Shown here piece after piece: positions 1 to 10,941 of a stretch of 64,000 nt of DNA. The stretch's first letter is position 1; each line of letters begins with the position of its first letter. Under the pieces are notes generated by a model, which searched no databases, was not told the DNA's origin, and saw nothing but the letters and a program-made list of their open reading frames with translations. Made by a program: the position numbers and the translations under genes. The DNA comes from Candidatus Spongiisociaceae bacterium (GTDB lineage: Bacteria > Actinomycetota > Acidimicrobiia > Spongiisociales > Spongiisociaceae), in contig CBDCOH010000002.1 of NCBI GenBank assembly GCA_965219685.1, positions 3,104,001-3,168,000 of the forward strand, given 5' to 3'.

Positions 1-143
1 GCCACGGACCACACGTGACGGGCCGGGTTCCGCCTCGTCGCATCCGGTACCGCCCCCGGTGGGTTTCTCACCGTCACTTACGCCACACGACAATTGCAAC
101 CAGCCGACGCACCTTTCCGGGTCGGCCCCCACCGCGGATACTC

Positions 144-298
144 GCTCGATACATGAATCACGCCTGCCGACTGTACCACACATAGCACGCTGCAATCCGC
201 CCGGCACTGTGTGTATCCGTGACTATCAGACCCATATAGGTGTGTGTAAAACGGTGTCGGTCGGTGGGTTCGTCAACGTGGAGTCCATCCTTGTGGTG
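144..298 (-). promoter_or_regulatory. Conserved ~155-bp upstream element (copy 1), with extended -10 TGnTACAGT and RTGTGTA-N3-GTGWC box, for a gene running off the window start
   Basis: Aligns by eye with 40949-41098 (gctcgatac...catagcacgctgcaa...tgtgtatccgtgac...tcaacgtggag...tgtggtg); -10 at 170-175, box at 209-223. Confidence 0.65.
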
Positions 299-361
299 TA
301 CGGGGGGTGCCCATGACACCGCATACAGATCAACAGTTCGGCACATCGCGAGGCCGGTGGC

Positions 362-720
362 CTAATCCACCGGTATCGCAATTTCGGCAGCCGCCGTGAG
401 CGTCAACGAAGTTTGCGACAAGGTCGTGTCCGCTACCAGCACTCGGCTGCCATGCCCCGCAGCGTCGTTGATCATCCGCCGGATCGCTTCTTTGTCGTTG
501 GGAACCGCACCGGCGAGCAGTGCTTCACCGGCGGCCGACACCGCACCCGGTGTAGTGTCTGGCCTTGGCGACATCAACACCGACGAACACCTCGGGAGCG
601 GGCTTAGGGCTCTCACCCACCAGTTGGTCCTCTTGTTGACGATCGCCTGACTGCAACTGCTTATAGGCGCCGACGCCTCAACCACATCTGCGAACCAGCC
701 GCTGAACTTCGGTGGATGTC
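362..720 (-). pseudogene. IS110 remnant (5' of transposase plus 3' part of non-coding end), inverted relative of IS110-A; the rest of its non-coding end is at ~2211-2300
   Basis: Translation AVSAAGEALLAGAVPNDKEAIRRMI matches the 959 ORF; 650-720 is homologous to the reverse complement of 861-935. Confidence 0.8.
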
Positions 721-739
721 CCCTTTACCTTGTTGAGAG

Positions 740-935
740 GCCCTGATGTGTGAGTATCGGGGCTGGTTGCTCGCCGCGGCGGGCAGGGCTTTGTCCCCCT
801 GTCAGAGAGATGGCCTGGGGGGTGTTGCCACCCGCCGTGGTTGGGTACCTGCGACCTCTTACAGGGACATGCACCGACAGGGGGCTGGTTCGTAAAGTGG
901 TTGAGGCGTTGGTGCCCTTGAGTAGCTGCCGAAGC
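740..935 (+). ncRNA. Putative bridge RNA of IS110-A
   Basis: Donor-like guides acagggaca (861-869, = right end) and gtaaag (rc of left end ctttac); target-like guides tgtccccc (792-799) and ctgggggg (815-822). Confidence 0.6.
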
Positions 936-958
936 TATTTGCGACTAGAGAGGACCAG

Positions 959-2163
959 TTGATGGGTGAGAGCCCTACGCCCGCTCCCGAGGTGTTCGTC
1001 GGTATGGACATCGCCAAGGGCAAACATTACGCCTGTGCGGTGTCGGCCAGCGGTGAGGCGCTGTTCGCCCGGGCGGTTGCCAACGACGAAGCAGCGATCC
1101 GGCGGATGATCGACAACGCTGGGGACCATGGCCGCCCGGCGTTGGTGGTTGATATGACCTCGTCGGCGGCTGTGCTGACCCTCACCGTTGCCGCGGAGAT
1201 GGCGGTTCCGGTGGCTTATGTGACCGGTTTGGCGATGCGCCGAGCTGCCGACCTCTACGCGGGTGCGGCAAAGACCGACCCCAAGGACGCCCAGGTGTTG
1301 GCCGACTTCGCTTGGCGTAACGCGGATCGGCTGACCTGGACAGCTGTCACCGATGAGTTGTTGGCCCGTCTGCGGATCCTCAACGGTCGGGACACAGATC
1401 TGGCCGCCGACGCGACTCGGGCCGCGAACCGGCGGAGAGACGCCCTATTAGCCGTGGTCGGCGGCTCTGGAGCGTGCCGTGGGAGAAAGGCTGATGTCGG
1501 TGCCCGGTCTCAGAGCCGCGCTGGTGAGATACGCCACCCCGTCGGCGCTGCGAACGGCCGGCAAAGCCCGGGTGCGGACGCTGATCTCCAAGCGCTCCAA
1601 ACGCACCGCCAACACACTCACCGACCAGATCTCGGCTGCGCTCGGCTCCCAGACCGTCACGGTGCCAGCCGAGGAGACCTGGGGCGAGACAATCGGCGAC
1701 TTGGCCGCCGACCTGGACCGGATCATCAACCGCCGCCAGCGGCTCGAAGCTGACATCGAGCAGGCCTTCTTGGAGCATCCGCTCAGAACAAGTCCTCAAC
1801 AGCATGTGCGGGTTCGGGCCCCGCACCGGCGCTCGAACCCTCGCTGAGATCGGCGACCCGCACCGTTTCGCCAACCCAGGCCGGCTAGCCGCCTACGCCG
1901 GGCTAGCCCCCGTGGACCGCCAATCAGGCCGCAGCCACCGAACAGGGCGATCACGAGGCGGTAACCACCGACTCAAGAACGCCATGTTCATCGCCGCGTT
2001 CGTTGCTACCCAACACGACCCCGACGCCCGTGCCTACTACCTACGCAAACGCGCCCAGGGCAAAGAACACAACGCCGCGGTCATCTGCGTCGCCCGCCGA
2101 CGCTGCAACATCATCCTGGCCATGCTCAAAACCCAAACGCCCTACCAACCCCGCCAATCCTAG
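959..2163 (+). pseudogene. IS110 transposase, frameshifted (3 ORF pieces)
   Basis: DEDD N-terminus (VGMDIAK...AKTDPKDA) and C-terminal LAAYAGLAP..QSG..GNHRLKNAM in different frames. Confidence 0.9.
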
Positions 2164-2578
2164 AAACTGCCCGAAGCGGCTTGACAACAAGACAGGGACA
2201 CCCCCCCCCCAGAGGTCGCAGGCACCCAACCACGGCGGGTGGCAGCACACCCTAGGCCATCTCGGTGACAGGGGAATTGAGCCGTGCCCACCGTGGTGAG
2301 CACGGTGGTGATGGAGTTGCTGCTCGTCTCCACGGACGAAGTGATACGGCCCCGTGTAGACAAGCGAAGGGACGGGTCTTTGTCGGGGTGCTGGTGTTGC
2401 TGGGCGGGGATGGTGCTGCTGGTGGCTCGGTGTGTGGTCGGACGGCGGTTGTGCCTGTGGTCATACGATTTCGGAGTGGGTCCGGGGGCGGATGAGGTCA
2501 CGATTGTGTGGTGGTTCGCTTATCGCGGCGGGCGATGACGTTGTTGCCGGTGGTCTGCTGTGTACGAAGTCGGGCGTG

Positions 2579-5500
2579 TCAGTTGGTGTTGAGGGCTCTG
2601 CTGAGGAAGGTGGCCATCTCCGCTCGGGTGACGGGTTGGTCGGGGCAATAGCGGAGGGGGTCGGTGGCGCAGCCGACGGTGATTCCAGCAGCGGCGAGAG
2701 CGTCGATGTCGGCAGCGTGTGTGTTGTTCTCGGTGTCGGTGAAACCTGCGGCTGTTTCGGCGGGAGGTAGGTTGAACGCTCGGACCAGGAAGCTGGCCAT
2801 CTGAGCTCGGGTGACGGGTTGGTCGGGGCAGTAGCGGAGGGGGTCGGTGGCGCAGCCGATGGTGATGGCTAGGTCGGCGAGTTTTTCGGTGTAGCGGATC
2901 CACCACTGTTGTTGGTTTATGTCGTGGAAGCGGGAGGTGCCTGTTGTTGGGGGGTCGTGATCTAGGGCGCGGATGAGCCATATGGCCATGACCCAGCGTT
3001 TTAGCGGCTGGTGGGGGCAGAACCGGTCTTGGTCGCATTCGGTGTCGATGAAGATGCCGTCTTTGGCTAGGGTCGCGATGGCTGGAGTGTGTGTTCCTTC
3101 GGGGGTGACATCGGCGAAGCTGGTTGTGTGCCCGACGGTGACTACAGTTTCTGCTGCGATCGTGGCTGTTTTGGCTGGTCCGTGTCCGTCGGTGTAGGCA
3201 GCGGCTACGCGTAGGTAGTGGGTTTCGTCGCCGTCGGCGGGGGTGTAGGCGTTTGCCGCGGCGTTTCGGATGGGTGCCCATGTGGTCTGGTCGGACGATT
3301 TCTCCCAGGTCCAGGTGAGGTTGCTTATCCCACCATCGGGATCGGAGAGGGCAGCATCGAGCGGGGTGCCTGTGCGGGGTGTGGGAGCGGAGAGGGTGAT
3401 GTGGCCGCGTTCGTCGGTGTTCGTGACGATGATTGTTACCAGGATGTAGTCGTCTTGTCGGGTGTCGGGTTCACCGTCGGGGTCTTTGCTGTCGTGCACG
3501 CCCACGCCGACGGTGTGCCTGGTCCTGGTTTCGTAGTCCAGAGGCGCTCTGGTTCGGATCTGGCCGGTTGACGAGTCGATTTCGAACATGTCCCGGTCGT
3601 GTCTGACGAGCGTGTAGGTGAGGGGATCGTCGTCGGGATCCGATGCTGTTACCGGCCCGCCGATGTTCACACCGGGCGCAGTGTTCTCGGCTACCGAGCG
3701 GAGGGTTCGGGAGCCTTCATCGAACGCGGGCGAGCCGGCGTCCTCTACGGGACCTCCCCCGCCTCCGCCTCCGCCGCCTCCTCCGTCGTTGCCGGTGGTG
3801 GTGGTGGTAGTAGTAGTAGTAGTGCGTGTCGTGGTGACGGTTATGGTGACATCGGTGCTTACTCTGGCGCCGTGGGGGTCGGTTGCTTCGACCCTAAGCG
3901 TGTAGCGGGGTTGAGTTAGGCGGTCTATGACGGTGTCAGGACCGACACGGATCTGGCCGGTGTGGACATCGATCGTGAACGCCGGGGCGCCTTCTTCGAA
4001 GAGTCGGTAGGTAAGCGCGTCGCCGTCGATGTCGGTGGCCTCCACCGGAGACCCGACTGGTGTGCCCGGGGGCGACCCTTGGGTGATAGAGCGGGTTGTG
4101 AAGGTTCCCGGGAACTTGGGTTGGTCGTTGACCGGGGCGACCGTCACGATCACGTCGGCTTCGTGAGTTAAGCGACCGTCGGAGGCTGCGTAGGTGAAGA
4201 TGTCTCGGCCGTTGAAGTCGTTCCTAGGCGTGTAGGTGACCGTGTTGTCGGGCTGCACGCTGATGCGGCCGTTGATGGGGCCGTCGCGCAGCGAAACGGT
4301 GAGGGGGTCGCCTTCGGGGTCGCTGTCGTTAGCCAGCACCGAGACCGTCACGGGGGTGTCCTCAGCGGTCGTGGCCGTGTCGGGTCGGGGGGCGGGCGCT
4401 TCGTTCACGTTGGTGACCTCGATCGTCACCGAGACAGCGCCGCTGCCGCCTGAGGGGTCGGTTGCGGTAACCGTTGCAGAGTACGACCGTGGCGGGGTCT
4501 CGTAGTCGAACACCGCGTGGGCTGCGACCCGGATCTGGCCTGTGGAGGCGTCGACGTCGAAGAGGTCGTCTACCGTTGCCAGCTCGTAGGTCAATCTGGA
4601 GGAGTCACCGGGGTCGGGGTCGGTGGCCCTGACCACTGCACCGACCGCGGAGGCAGGGGTTGAGTTCTCCGGAACCGAACGCACGACATTGACCGCCCCG
4701 AAGTCCGGGACGCGGTTCGTGCCGCTGGGCGCGGCCCGCGTCGGGTACCGAGCGCGGACGGTGGCGGTGTCGTCGTTCGAACCGGCGCCGTCGCGGTAGG
4801 TGGCTGTGACTCGAAGGTCATGGCCGACATCGGCGGACACCGGTGTGTAGCTGGCGGCTGAGCCGATGTCGGTCCAGGTACCGCTCTGCAGACGCTGCCA
4901 GGACCATGACAACACCACGACCGAACCATCGTCATCAGACACCGAAGCATCCAGGGCGGCACCGACCTGGGGCTGAGACGACGAGAGGATCACTGTCCCA
5001 GGCTCGTCGACGTTGACGACGTTGACGACCAGGTCAGCACCGACCGGTTCGCTGGCACCCGCACGGGCTTCCACTGTGACGTCGTAGACACTGTCACGGT
5101 TGCCGTCGGTGGGACTCTCGAAGTCGGGGGGCCGTAGAAAGGTGAGCACACCGCGGTCGCTGATCTCGAACACGGCACTGTCGGCACCGCTCAGCGACCA
5201 CCTGATCGGGGCTTGCTCGGGATCGGTCGCGGTGAACGCCGCCGCCGCGGTGGTGTCGTTCTCGTTATAGCTCACCACAAACGACCCAGAGCGACTCTCG
5301 ATGGTCGCGTCCTCGTCCATGTCGGTCACCGTAACGGACACCTCATGGCTGGCGGTGGCACCGTCGCGGTCGGAAGCCTCCACCGTGATGACATGAACAT
5401 TGTCCCTGCCAGCATCGGCAGGTCTCTCGAAGTCCGGCGGTGTCCGGAACCGCAACACGCCACCATTGATGCTGAACAGGTCAGCGTCAGCGCCGGAGAG

Positions 5501-8500
5501 CGACCAGATGATCGTGCCGCCTTCGGGGTCGACGGCTGTAAACGTGAAAATCACATCTGTGCCGTTCTCAGCAAATCTGAAATCGGCGGCTGCGGTAATC
5601 ACCGGCGGCGCGTTCACGTCGACCAACCTGAGGGTCACCACGCCGACACTGTCCCCGCCGTGCCACAGAGTCACATCGACGGTCTCGCCGTCGTCGTCGA
5701 CAGCGTCCTCGACTGCGGCGACCCGCAAACCCGTCGAGCGGTCCCCGGCGGGCAGTGTCAACGTGTATGGCGCCGCGATGTCCCGGCCGTTGAGGTCGGT
5801 GACAGCGAAGTCTTCGGCGATAACAGCGCTGCCGGCAAAGCTCGCTGCGAACCTCTGATCGTTGGTGAAGGTGACCCCACCGGTGTCCACCGTGACCACC
5901 GCCGTCTCGCCCTCGACAACCTGGGCGACGTCTGCGGACAGCCTGAAGGCCGCCGTGTCGTCGCTGGATACGTCCACCGTCGCGAAATTGGGTGAGCCGG
6001 TCAAATAGGTTGGAGGGTCTGCGGTGTCGGCTACGACCAGTGCCGTCACCCGACCCGGGTCCTCCACCACCCGGTCGTCGACGGTCGCCACTCGTAACTC
6101 CACGGTGTCATCACCCGACAAAAACGTCAACATCGACGGTCGAGCCGTGCCGAGGACCGTGCCGACTTCGGTGACCTGGACTCGCACGGTGAGCGGCTCG
6201 GTCAGCGGGCTCCCCAGCGGGGCGGTGCGTACCAGTGTGAACACCGCGTCGTTGCCTTCCGACACGCCGATGCTCGCAGGGGTGATCGTGACCTCGGGCC
6301 CCTCCAAGTCACTGGCAGGAATCGTCACCGTCCGCGAACCCAGCGACGCACCAGATTGGGCAAGCCGGGCGCTCAACAAGACGGTCTCGGCGAGTTCTCC
6401 CTCGTCGTCGTCCACCGCCTCCAACCTCAGCTGAACCGAGATGTCTCCCGCGGCCAGAGTGACCGTGTACGGCTGCGACAGCGTCCGACCCTGGGAGTCT
6501 TTCAACACGAAATCGACAGCATCGGCCGACCCGGCCACGTCGATGGTGATAGCCTGGTCCACAGCGAACTTCACGCCGTTGTTGATGATGAGCGTCAACA
6601 CGGTTTCGCTTCCCTCGGAGACCTCCCCGCTTGAGGCTGTGAAGTCGAACAGGGCACTGTCAGTGTTGGTGATCGTGACCGTGGTTGTGGCCCTCGATCC
6701 CACCGCGAATCCCGGAGGCAGTTGACCGATACTCAACTGGACCGTTTCAGGACCCTCCACCCAATCGTCGTCGACGGCTTCGAAAGACGCCGACTTGAAG
6801 TGCTCACCCGCCTTGATACTGACCCCAGAATCCATCGAGAAGTCATCGTCCGAGGCGGTGTCAGATGACGAAACGACCGGGAGGAACACCTTCTGGAGGC
6901 TGCGGTGGGTAGGGTCAACCACCACCGGCACGCCAATCGTCTCCCCCTCGCGCACGGTGTAACGGGGCGACGCGAACCTCACCCTGATCGGTGGGCCTAT
7001 CTCCCGCGTCGCGGGCACGTCGGACAGGACAGTCCCGTCAGCCGCGCAGATCCCACCCGCGTCGCACGCCCTGCCCGCAACCACCGCGACGGTGACATTG
7101 CCAACACCGGTCGGAGACAACGACAACAGGTAGGCGTTCGCACGCTCACCCCCTACCAGATGAGGAGCCACAGCCGTCACTGTCGCACCCCCCACACTCA
7201 ACGACGGACTCGACACCGAAAAATCCACAACTGGCCGACTGAACGCCACCACCACCTGCACCACATCACCCGGACCGGTATGCGACACAGATGTGTGACT
7301 GCTCGACGGGAACCGGGCCGACAGCGGCTCGGGACTCCTAGCCAGATACTCCGGCCGCATGACAGTGCCGCGAGTCCTGTCGCTGGGCCCGTCGATGTGC
7401 AGCCACTCCTGGCCGGTGTCCGGATCGGCCTGGGTGAAGACCTTCGCAGGCGAAGGTTTGATCGGGTTCCGTGGGCTCGCTCCTCCCCAGCTGATCAGCC
7501 AATGACCGTTGCTCAACGCCGCTACATGCCCGGACCGGTAACCCAGCTCACCCTCATCGTTATCTCGTTTTCCGAACAGCGCATGGTCCCGCACGAACAC
7601 TGCGTCGCCGTTGTCTAGGTCCAGCGCGTACTCCAGGGCGCGGCTGTAGATGTCGGGGGTGCGCAACAGAGTCTCACGGGTCCAGGGATTGATAGTGCAC
7701 TGCACACCGTTGTCGTAGAGGATCAGGTTCCCGCCGGGTAGCAGCGACGAGCCGTGCTGGCCGCAGAACTGTCCCTCGGGATCGCCCACGATGTCCAACG
7801 GCGGCGGTCCGAGATCGCGCTCAGCCCACTCGGCGTCGGTCAGATTCGTGGGTCCCACCCTCCATACCACATCACCGGTCACGGCGTCGATGGCCAGCAC
7901 TCTCGAGCATCCCCGCATCGACGCGATGATGAGCCCGTCGATCATCTGGAGCCCGTTCAGATGGGCATAGTCGCCGTCGCTGGGCGGGAAGAAGTGCTGT
8001 GTGCAGTCCTCCAGCGGCATGTGGTCCCACGAGTTCCAGTTGAACGTCGCCCGCCCGCCCGGGGCGACGATCTGGAACGCCGAGTCCTCCACATACACCT
8101 CAGACCCATACGGCTGCCCGTTCTCGTCATTGAACGACAGATGGGAAAGGTCACGCTGGGTGGGCTCGTAGGCCATCATCATGTGGTGACCGTTGTCGAG
8201 CAACCGGAACTCGTGGGCGTCCTGGCGTGTCAGAGGCGACACCGTTCTCGCCACCCTGATCAAGTCCAGGTTCTCGTTCAGAACGTAAGCGAATCGATGG
8301 ATATAGACATAGCGGGGCTGTCCATTGACGTCGGGATAGAACCGAAAGTACGACAAAGCCCCCGTGTCCATCTTGCGAACGAAACGAGGAACCCCGTTGC
8401 CGTCCACCGCGAACAGGATCCCGCTCAGCGAAGAGAAGAGGATCAGATCGTCGAGCACCTCCGACTCGCCCAGAGGCTTCTCAACCCTGATCGGCACGAC

Positions 8501-10015
8501 GTCATCGCCAAGGCAGTGCAGGATGTATTGGGTTTGGGCGCCGAGGCCGTCGGCGAGGGAGATGCGTACCACGCTGTAGGCCGTGACCGGCACTGTTGCG
8601 GTCACCGGGGTGTTCGCGCCCGGGTTTGTGTACTGGACGCCGTCCACCGAGATGCGGCTCGACCCGGAAGCGGGACGCATCGTCAGCGTCATCGTGTCGC
8701 TGTTGTTGCAGCCCACCGAGTAGTGCAGGATCTGCGGGTCGAACACGGGGCGCATCCGCCGCCACGCGTCTTCGCTGCTGGTAGCCGCGTCCGAGTCGTC
8801 GGTACTGATCGACAGGCCATTCAACTGGTCCGCAGCGACCACCTCCGGAGCGACTGTCTGGGCTTGCGCTCCGCTGCCGTGGCGGTCGCTGTAGGACACA
8901 CCGACCCGCAAGAAGCTGCCTGCGTCGGCCGCGGTGGGTGTGTAGCTCGACGAGTCCGCACCCGAGATCGTGGCCCACTGCTGATATCCGGTGCTGCGTT
9001 CCCACACCCAGGTCCCCGAGTCGGCCACCACCCCGTCGGGATCGCTCAACGTGGCGGTGACCGGCACACCAACACGAGGCCTCTTCGTCGAAAGCGACAC
9101 CGTACCGGGCTCGTCCACGTCTGTCACCGTCACCGTCACCGTCACCGCGGAAGCAGCCGTCTCCGACGGTGACGACGGCAACAGCGTCACCACATAAACG
9201 TTGTCGCCGTCGCCGTCGACCGGCGCCTCGAAATCCGGCGGTTTCGAAACGATCACCGGCGACACCGCACCAAGGGCAAACCGCAGAGCGCCCAACGGTT
9301 CATCAAGGCTGAAAAGGGCAGCGTCGGCGCCGCCCAGAGACCACACGATGCCGTCACGGTCCTGATCCGACGACGCCGCGAACGTCGCCACCCGCCCCCA
9401 GCCGTTCTCCTCAAAACCTACCGTGACAGGTCCCTCGACAGCCTCAAGCTCGATGACGTTGCTCACAGTCACCAACACATCCGCGGTGGCATCGTTGACT
9501 CCGTCGCTGACCTGCACCGTCAACTCATACACACCATCGGTGTCAGCGTCGCCAGGTAACTCAAAATCAGGAGCCGCCACGAACTCCAACACCCCCACCA
9601 TGCTCAAAGAGAACAACGCCGAGTCCGCACCGCCCGCCACCGACCAAACCAAATCACCCGAGGCCGTGTCAGCATCGGACGCAGTCAGAGTCGCCACCGA
9701 CGTAACCCCCTCATCCACCACGAACGGACCCGGGCTCGTGACCACCGGAACAGCCGCGCTCTGCCCCAACACCGGCGAAACCGACAACCCACCAACACCC
9801 AGCAACGCCAACCCAGCGGCGCCCAAAACCGACCGCAGCCACCCCAGGCTCCGACCCCCGCCACCGAACCGGTTCCCCAACCAGCCGATAAGGCTCCCGG
9901 ACCGGCTTCCACAGCCGAGACTTGAGAAATCGTGGATCACGCTACCGGACTGTACCGCCGTCCGACACCACCACCAAGGACTATAGCGTGTGTAACAGTG
10001 ACGGAATGACCCCAC
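2579..10015 (-). CDS. Giant secreted surface protein: cadherin repeats, arylsulfotransferase (ASST)-like domain, Calx-beta/Ig, C-terminal SLH domains; true start probably at or downstream of 9940
   Basis: Signal-like hydrophobic stretch; PDFE/DYE cadherin motifs; ASST motifs DAHEF, DYAHLN, GQH, DNG, SRALEY; SLH TRAQMASFL/TRAEMATFL. Confidence 0.9.
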   Translation of the reverse strand: MGSFRHCYTRYSPWWWCRTAVQSGSVIHDFSSLGCGSRSGSLIGWLGNRFGGGGRSLGWLRSVLGAAGLALLGVGGLSVSPVLGQSAAVPVVTSPGPFVVDEGVTSVATLTASDADTASGDLVWSVAGGADSALFSLSMVGVLEFVAAPDFELPGDADTDGVYELTVQVSDGVNDATADVLVTVSNVIELEAVEGPVTVGFEENGWGRVATFAASSDQDRDGIVWSLGGADAALFSLDEPLGALRFALGAVSPVIVSKPPDFEAPVDGDGDNVYVVTLLPSSPSETAASAVTVTVTVTDVDEPGTVSLSTKRPRVGVPVTATLSDPDGVVADSGTWVWERSTGYQQWATISGADSSSYTPTAADAGSFLRVGVSYSDRHGSGAQAQTVAPEVVAADQLNGLSISTDDSDAATSSEDAWRRMRPVFDPQILHYSVGCNNSDTMTLTMRPASGSSRISVDGVQYTNPGANTPVTATVPVTAYSVVRISLADGLGAQTQYILHCLGDDVVPIRVEKPLGESEVLDDLILFSSLSGILFAVDGNGVPRFVRKMDTGALSYFRFYPDVNGQPRYVYIHRFAYVLNENLDLIRVARTVSPLTRQDAHEFRLLDNGHHMMMAYEPTQRDLSHLSFNDENGQPYGSEVYVEDSAFQIVAPGGRATFNWNSWDHMPLEDCTQHFFPPSDGDYAHLNGLQMIDGLIIASMRGCSRVLAIDAVTGDVVWRVGPTNLTDAEWAERDLGPPPLDIVGDPEGQFCGQHGSSLLPGGNLILYDNGVQCTINPWTRETLLRTPDIYSRALEYALDLDNGDAVFVRDHALFGKRDNDEGELGYRSGHVAALSNGHWLISWGGASPRNPIKPSPAKVFTQADPDTGQEWLHIDGPSDRTRGTVMRPEYLARSPEPLSARFPSSSHTSVSHTGPGDVVQVVVAFSRPVVDFSVSSPSLSVGGATVTAVAPHLVGGERANAYLLSLSPTGVGNVTVAVVAGRACDAGGICAADGTVLSDVPATREIGPPIRVRFASPRYTVREGETIGVPVVVDPTHRSLQKVFLPVVSSSDTASDDDFSMDSGVSIKAGEHFKSASFEAVDDDWVEGPETVQLSIGQLPPGFAVGSRATTTVTITNTDSALFDFTASSGEVSEGSETVLTLIINNGVKFAVDQAITIDVAGSADAVDFVLKDSQGRTLSQPYTVTLAAGDISVQLRLEAVDDDEGELAETVLLSARLAQSGASLGSRTVTIPASDLEGPEVTITPASIGVSEGNDAVFTLVRTAPLGSPLTEPLTVRVQVTEVGTVLGTARPSMLTFLSGDDTVELRVATVDDRVVEDPGRVTALVVADTADPPTYLTGSPNFATVDVSSDDTAAFRLSADVAQVVEGETAVVTVDTGGVTFTNDQRFAASFAGSAVIAEDFAVTDLNGRDIAAPYTLTLPAGDRSTGLRVAAVEDAVDDDGETVDVTLWHGGDSVGVVTLRLVDVNAPPVITAAADFRFAENGTDVIFTFTAVDPEGGTIIWSLSGADADLFSINGGVLRFRTPPDFERPADAGRDNVHVITVEASDRDGATASHEVSVTVTDMDEDATIESRSGSFVVSYNENDTTAAAAFTATDPEQAPIRWSLSGADSAVFEISDRGVLTFLRPPDFESPTDGNRDSVYDVTVEARAGASEPVGADLVVNVVNVDEPGTVILSSSQPQVGAALDASVSDDDGSVVVLSWSWQRLQSGTWTDIGSAASYTPVSADVGHDLRVTATYRDGAGSNDDTATVRARYPTRAAPSGTNRVPDFGAVNVVRSVPENSTPASAVGAVVRATDPDPGDSSRLTYELATVDDLFDVDASTGQIRVAAHAVFDYETPPRSYSATVTATDPSGGSGAVSVTIEVTNVNEAPAPRPDTATTAEDTPVTVSVLANDSDPEGDPLTVSLRDGPINGRISVQPDNTVTYTPRNDFNGRDIFTYAASDGRLTHEADVIVTVAPVNDQPKFPGTFTTRSITQGSPPGTPVGSPVEATDIDGDALTYRLFEEGAPAFTIDVHTGQIRVGPDTVIDRLTQPRYTLRVEATDPHGARVSTDVTITVTTTRTTTTTTTTTTGNDGGGGGGGGGGGPVEDAGSPAFDEGSRTLRSVAENTAPGVNIGGPVTASDPDDDPLTYTLVRHDRDMFEIDSSTGQIRTRAPLDYETRTRHTVGVGVHDSKDPDGEPDTRQDDYILVTIIVTNTDERGHITLSAPTPRTGTPLDAALSDPDGGISNLTWTWEKSSDQTTWAPIRNAAANAYTPADGDETHYLRVAAAYTDGHGPAKTATIAAETVVTVGHTTSFADVTPEGTHTPAIATLAKDGIFIDTECDQDRFCPHQPLKRWVMAIWLIRALDHDPPTTGTSRFHDINQQQWWIRYTEKLADLAITIGCATDPLRYCPDQPVTRAQMASFLVRAFNLPPAETAAGFTDTENNTHAADIDALAAAGITVGCATDPLRYCPDQPVTRAEMATFLSRALNTN
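9988..10002 (-). promoter_or_regulatory. RTGTGTA-N3-GTGWC box 34 bp upstream of -10 TACAGT (9949-9954)
   Basis: gtgtgtaacagtgac; same spacing as at three other promoters. Confidence 0.6.
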
Positions 10016-10048
10016 AGCCGTGTAGACTATGTGGGTTTATGAGCGACA

Positions 10049-10720
10049 GTGTCGAGAAGGGTCAGAACAGCGGCTACCAGCCACAAAAGAACAGAGCCGA
10101 CCCCTGTGGCGTACCTGGGGGTGAGGACTCCTCTTGGCGACCCACGGGTGGCCTTCACGAGCAAGGATCAGATTCTGAACAAGGCACATGTCCAGTACCT
10201 CGAAACCCGGCTGATAGCAATCGCGAACGACGCGAAGCGCTGCGAACTGGACAACGCCAACACCGTCCGCCTTTGCCATCCCTAGCAGAGGCGGATGAAG
10301 CGGACGCCGGGTTGTACCTGGACGACATGCTTCTCTGCCTGCCGGTGATCGGGGTGGGGCTTCTTTGAGAAGCCCGGTGACCAAGCGGCAACAGCTGTCT
10401 CGCTGTCCCTGAGCGGCAAAGGGAATAGAAGCACGCGGGTACGAAGAAGCGGGAGGCTTCGTCGCCCGTTTCCGAGCAGATTCGCGGGCTGTCAAGGACG
10501 AAGCTCCCGCGATCCCCGCGCGATCGCCTAACTACGCAATGTGTTGATGACCAACGGCATCCTTGCCGAGGAGGAAGACGCGTACCGTCTCATGCAGGAC
10601 AATCTGGTCAGCTCGCCCTCCCAAGCAGCCAGCGTCATGCTCGCTCACGGAGCCAACGGGCGCCTCAGGTGGAGAGACAACCAAGGGCGTTCCCTCAGAC
10701 AGATCCGGGAGTCAACATGA
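10049..10720 (+). pseudogene. GIY-YIG/DUF4357-like nuclease remnant
   Basis: FTSKDQILNKAHVQYLETRLI and SPSQAASVMLAHGANGRLRWRD in broken frames. Confidence 0.65.
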
Positions 10721-10941
10721 GCGACCCCGAACCACCACGCGCGGCCCCGGGTTGAGGTAGGGGGCTCAGAGTCGATCATCTACTTATCCTGGACCCCTGC
10801 GGGACTGTTGAGTCCGATTGGTGGTCTCCTATCGGTCGCTGGTTGGTAGCCCCGGAAGGAGATGTCAGCGGCGGGGAGAACATGCTCGACGGTCGGAGCC
10901 AGCCACGCGACGTGACTCCGCCGCTGCGGTCCTTCTGCCGC

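Larger units (their letters stand above)
722..2202 (+). mobile_element. IS110-A element (core CC), inserted in the non-coding end of the inverted relative
   Basis: Left end cctttaccttgttg (homologous end at 32332-32405); right end ttgacaacaagacagggacacc; joined ends give TTGACA-N18-TACCTT. Confidence 0.75.

Noticed and set aside
795-2275. 65-bp inverted repeats as transposon TIRs
   Set aside because: Better explained as homologous ncRNA segments of two nested, oppositely oriented IS110s
3754-3842. (GTA)n/(GGT)n/(CCG)n microsatellites as phase-variation tracts
   Set aside because: Triplet repeats encoding Thr/Gly linkers; slippage would keep the frame
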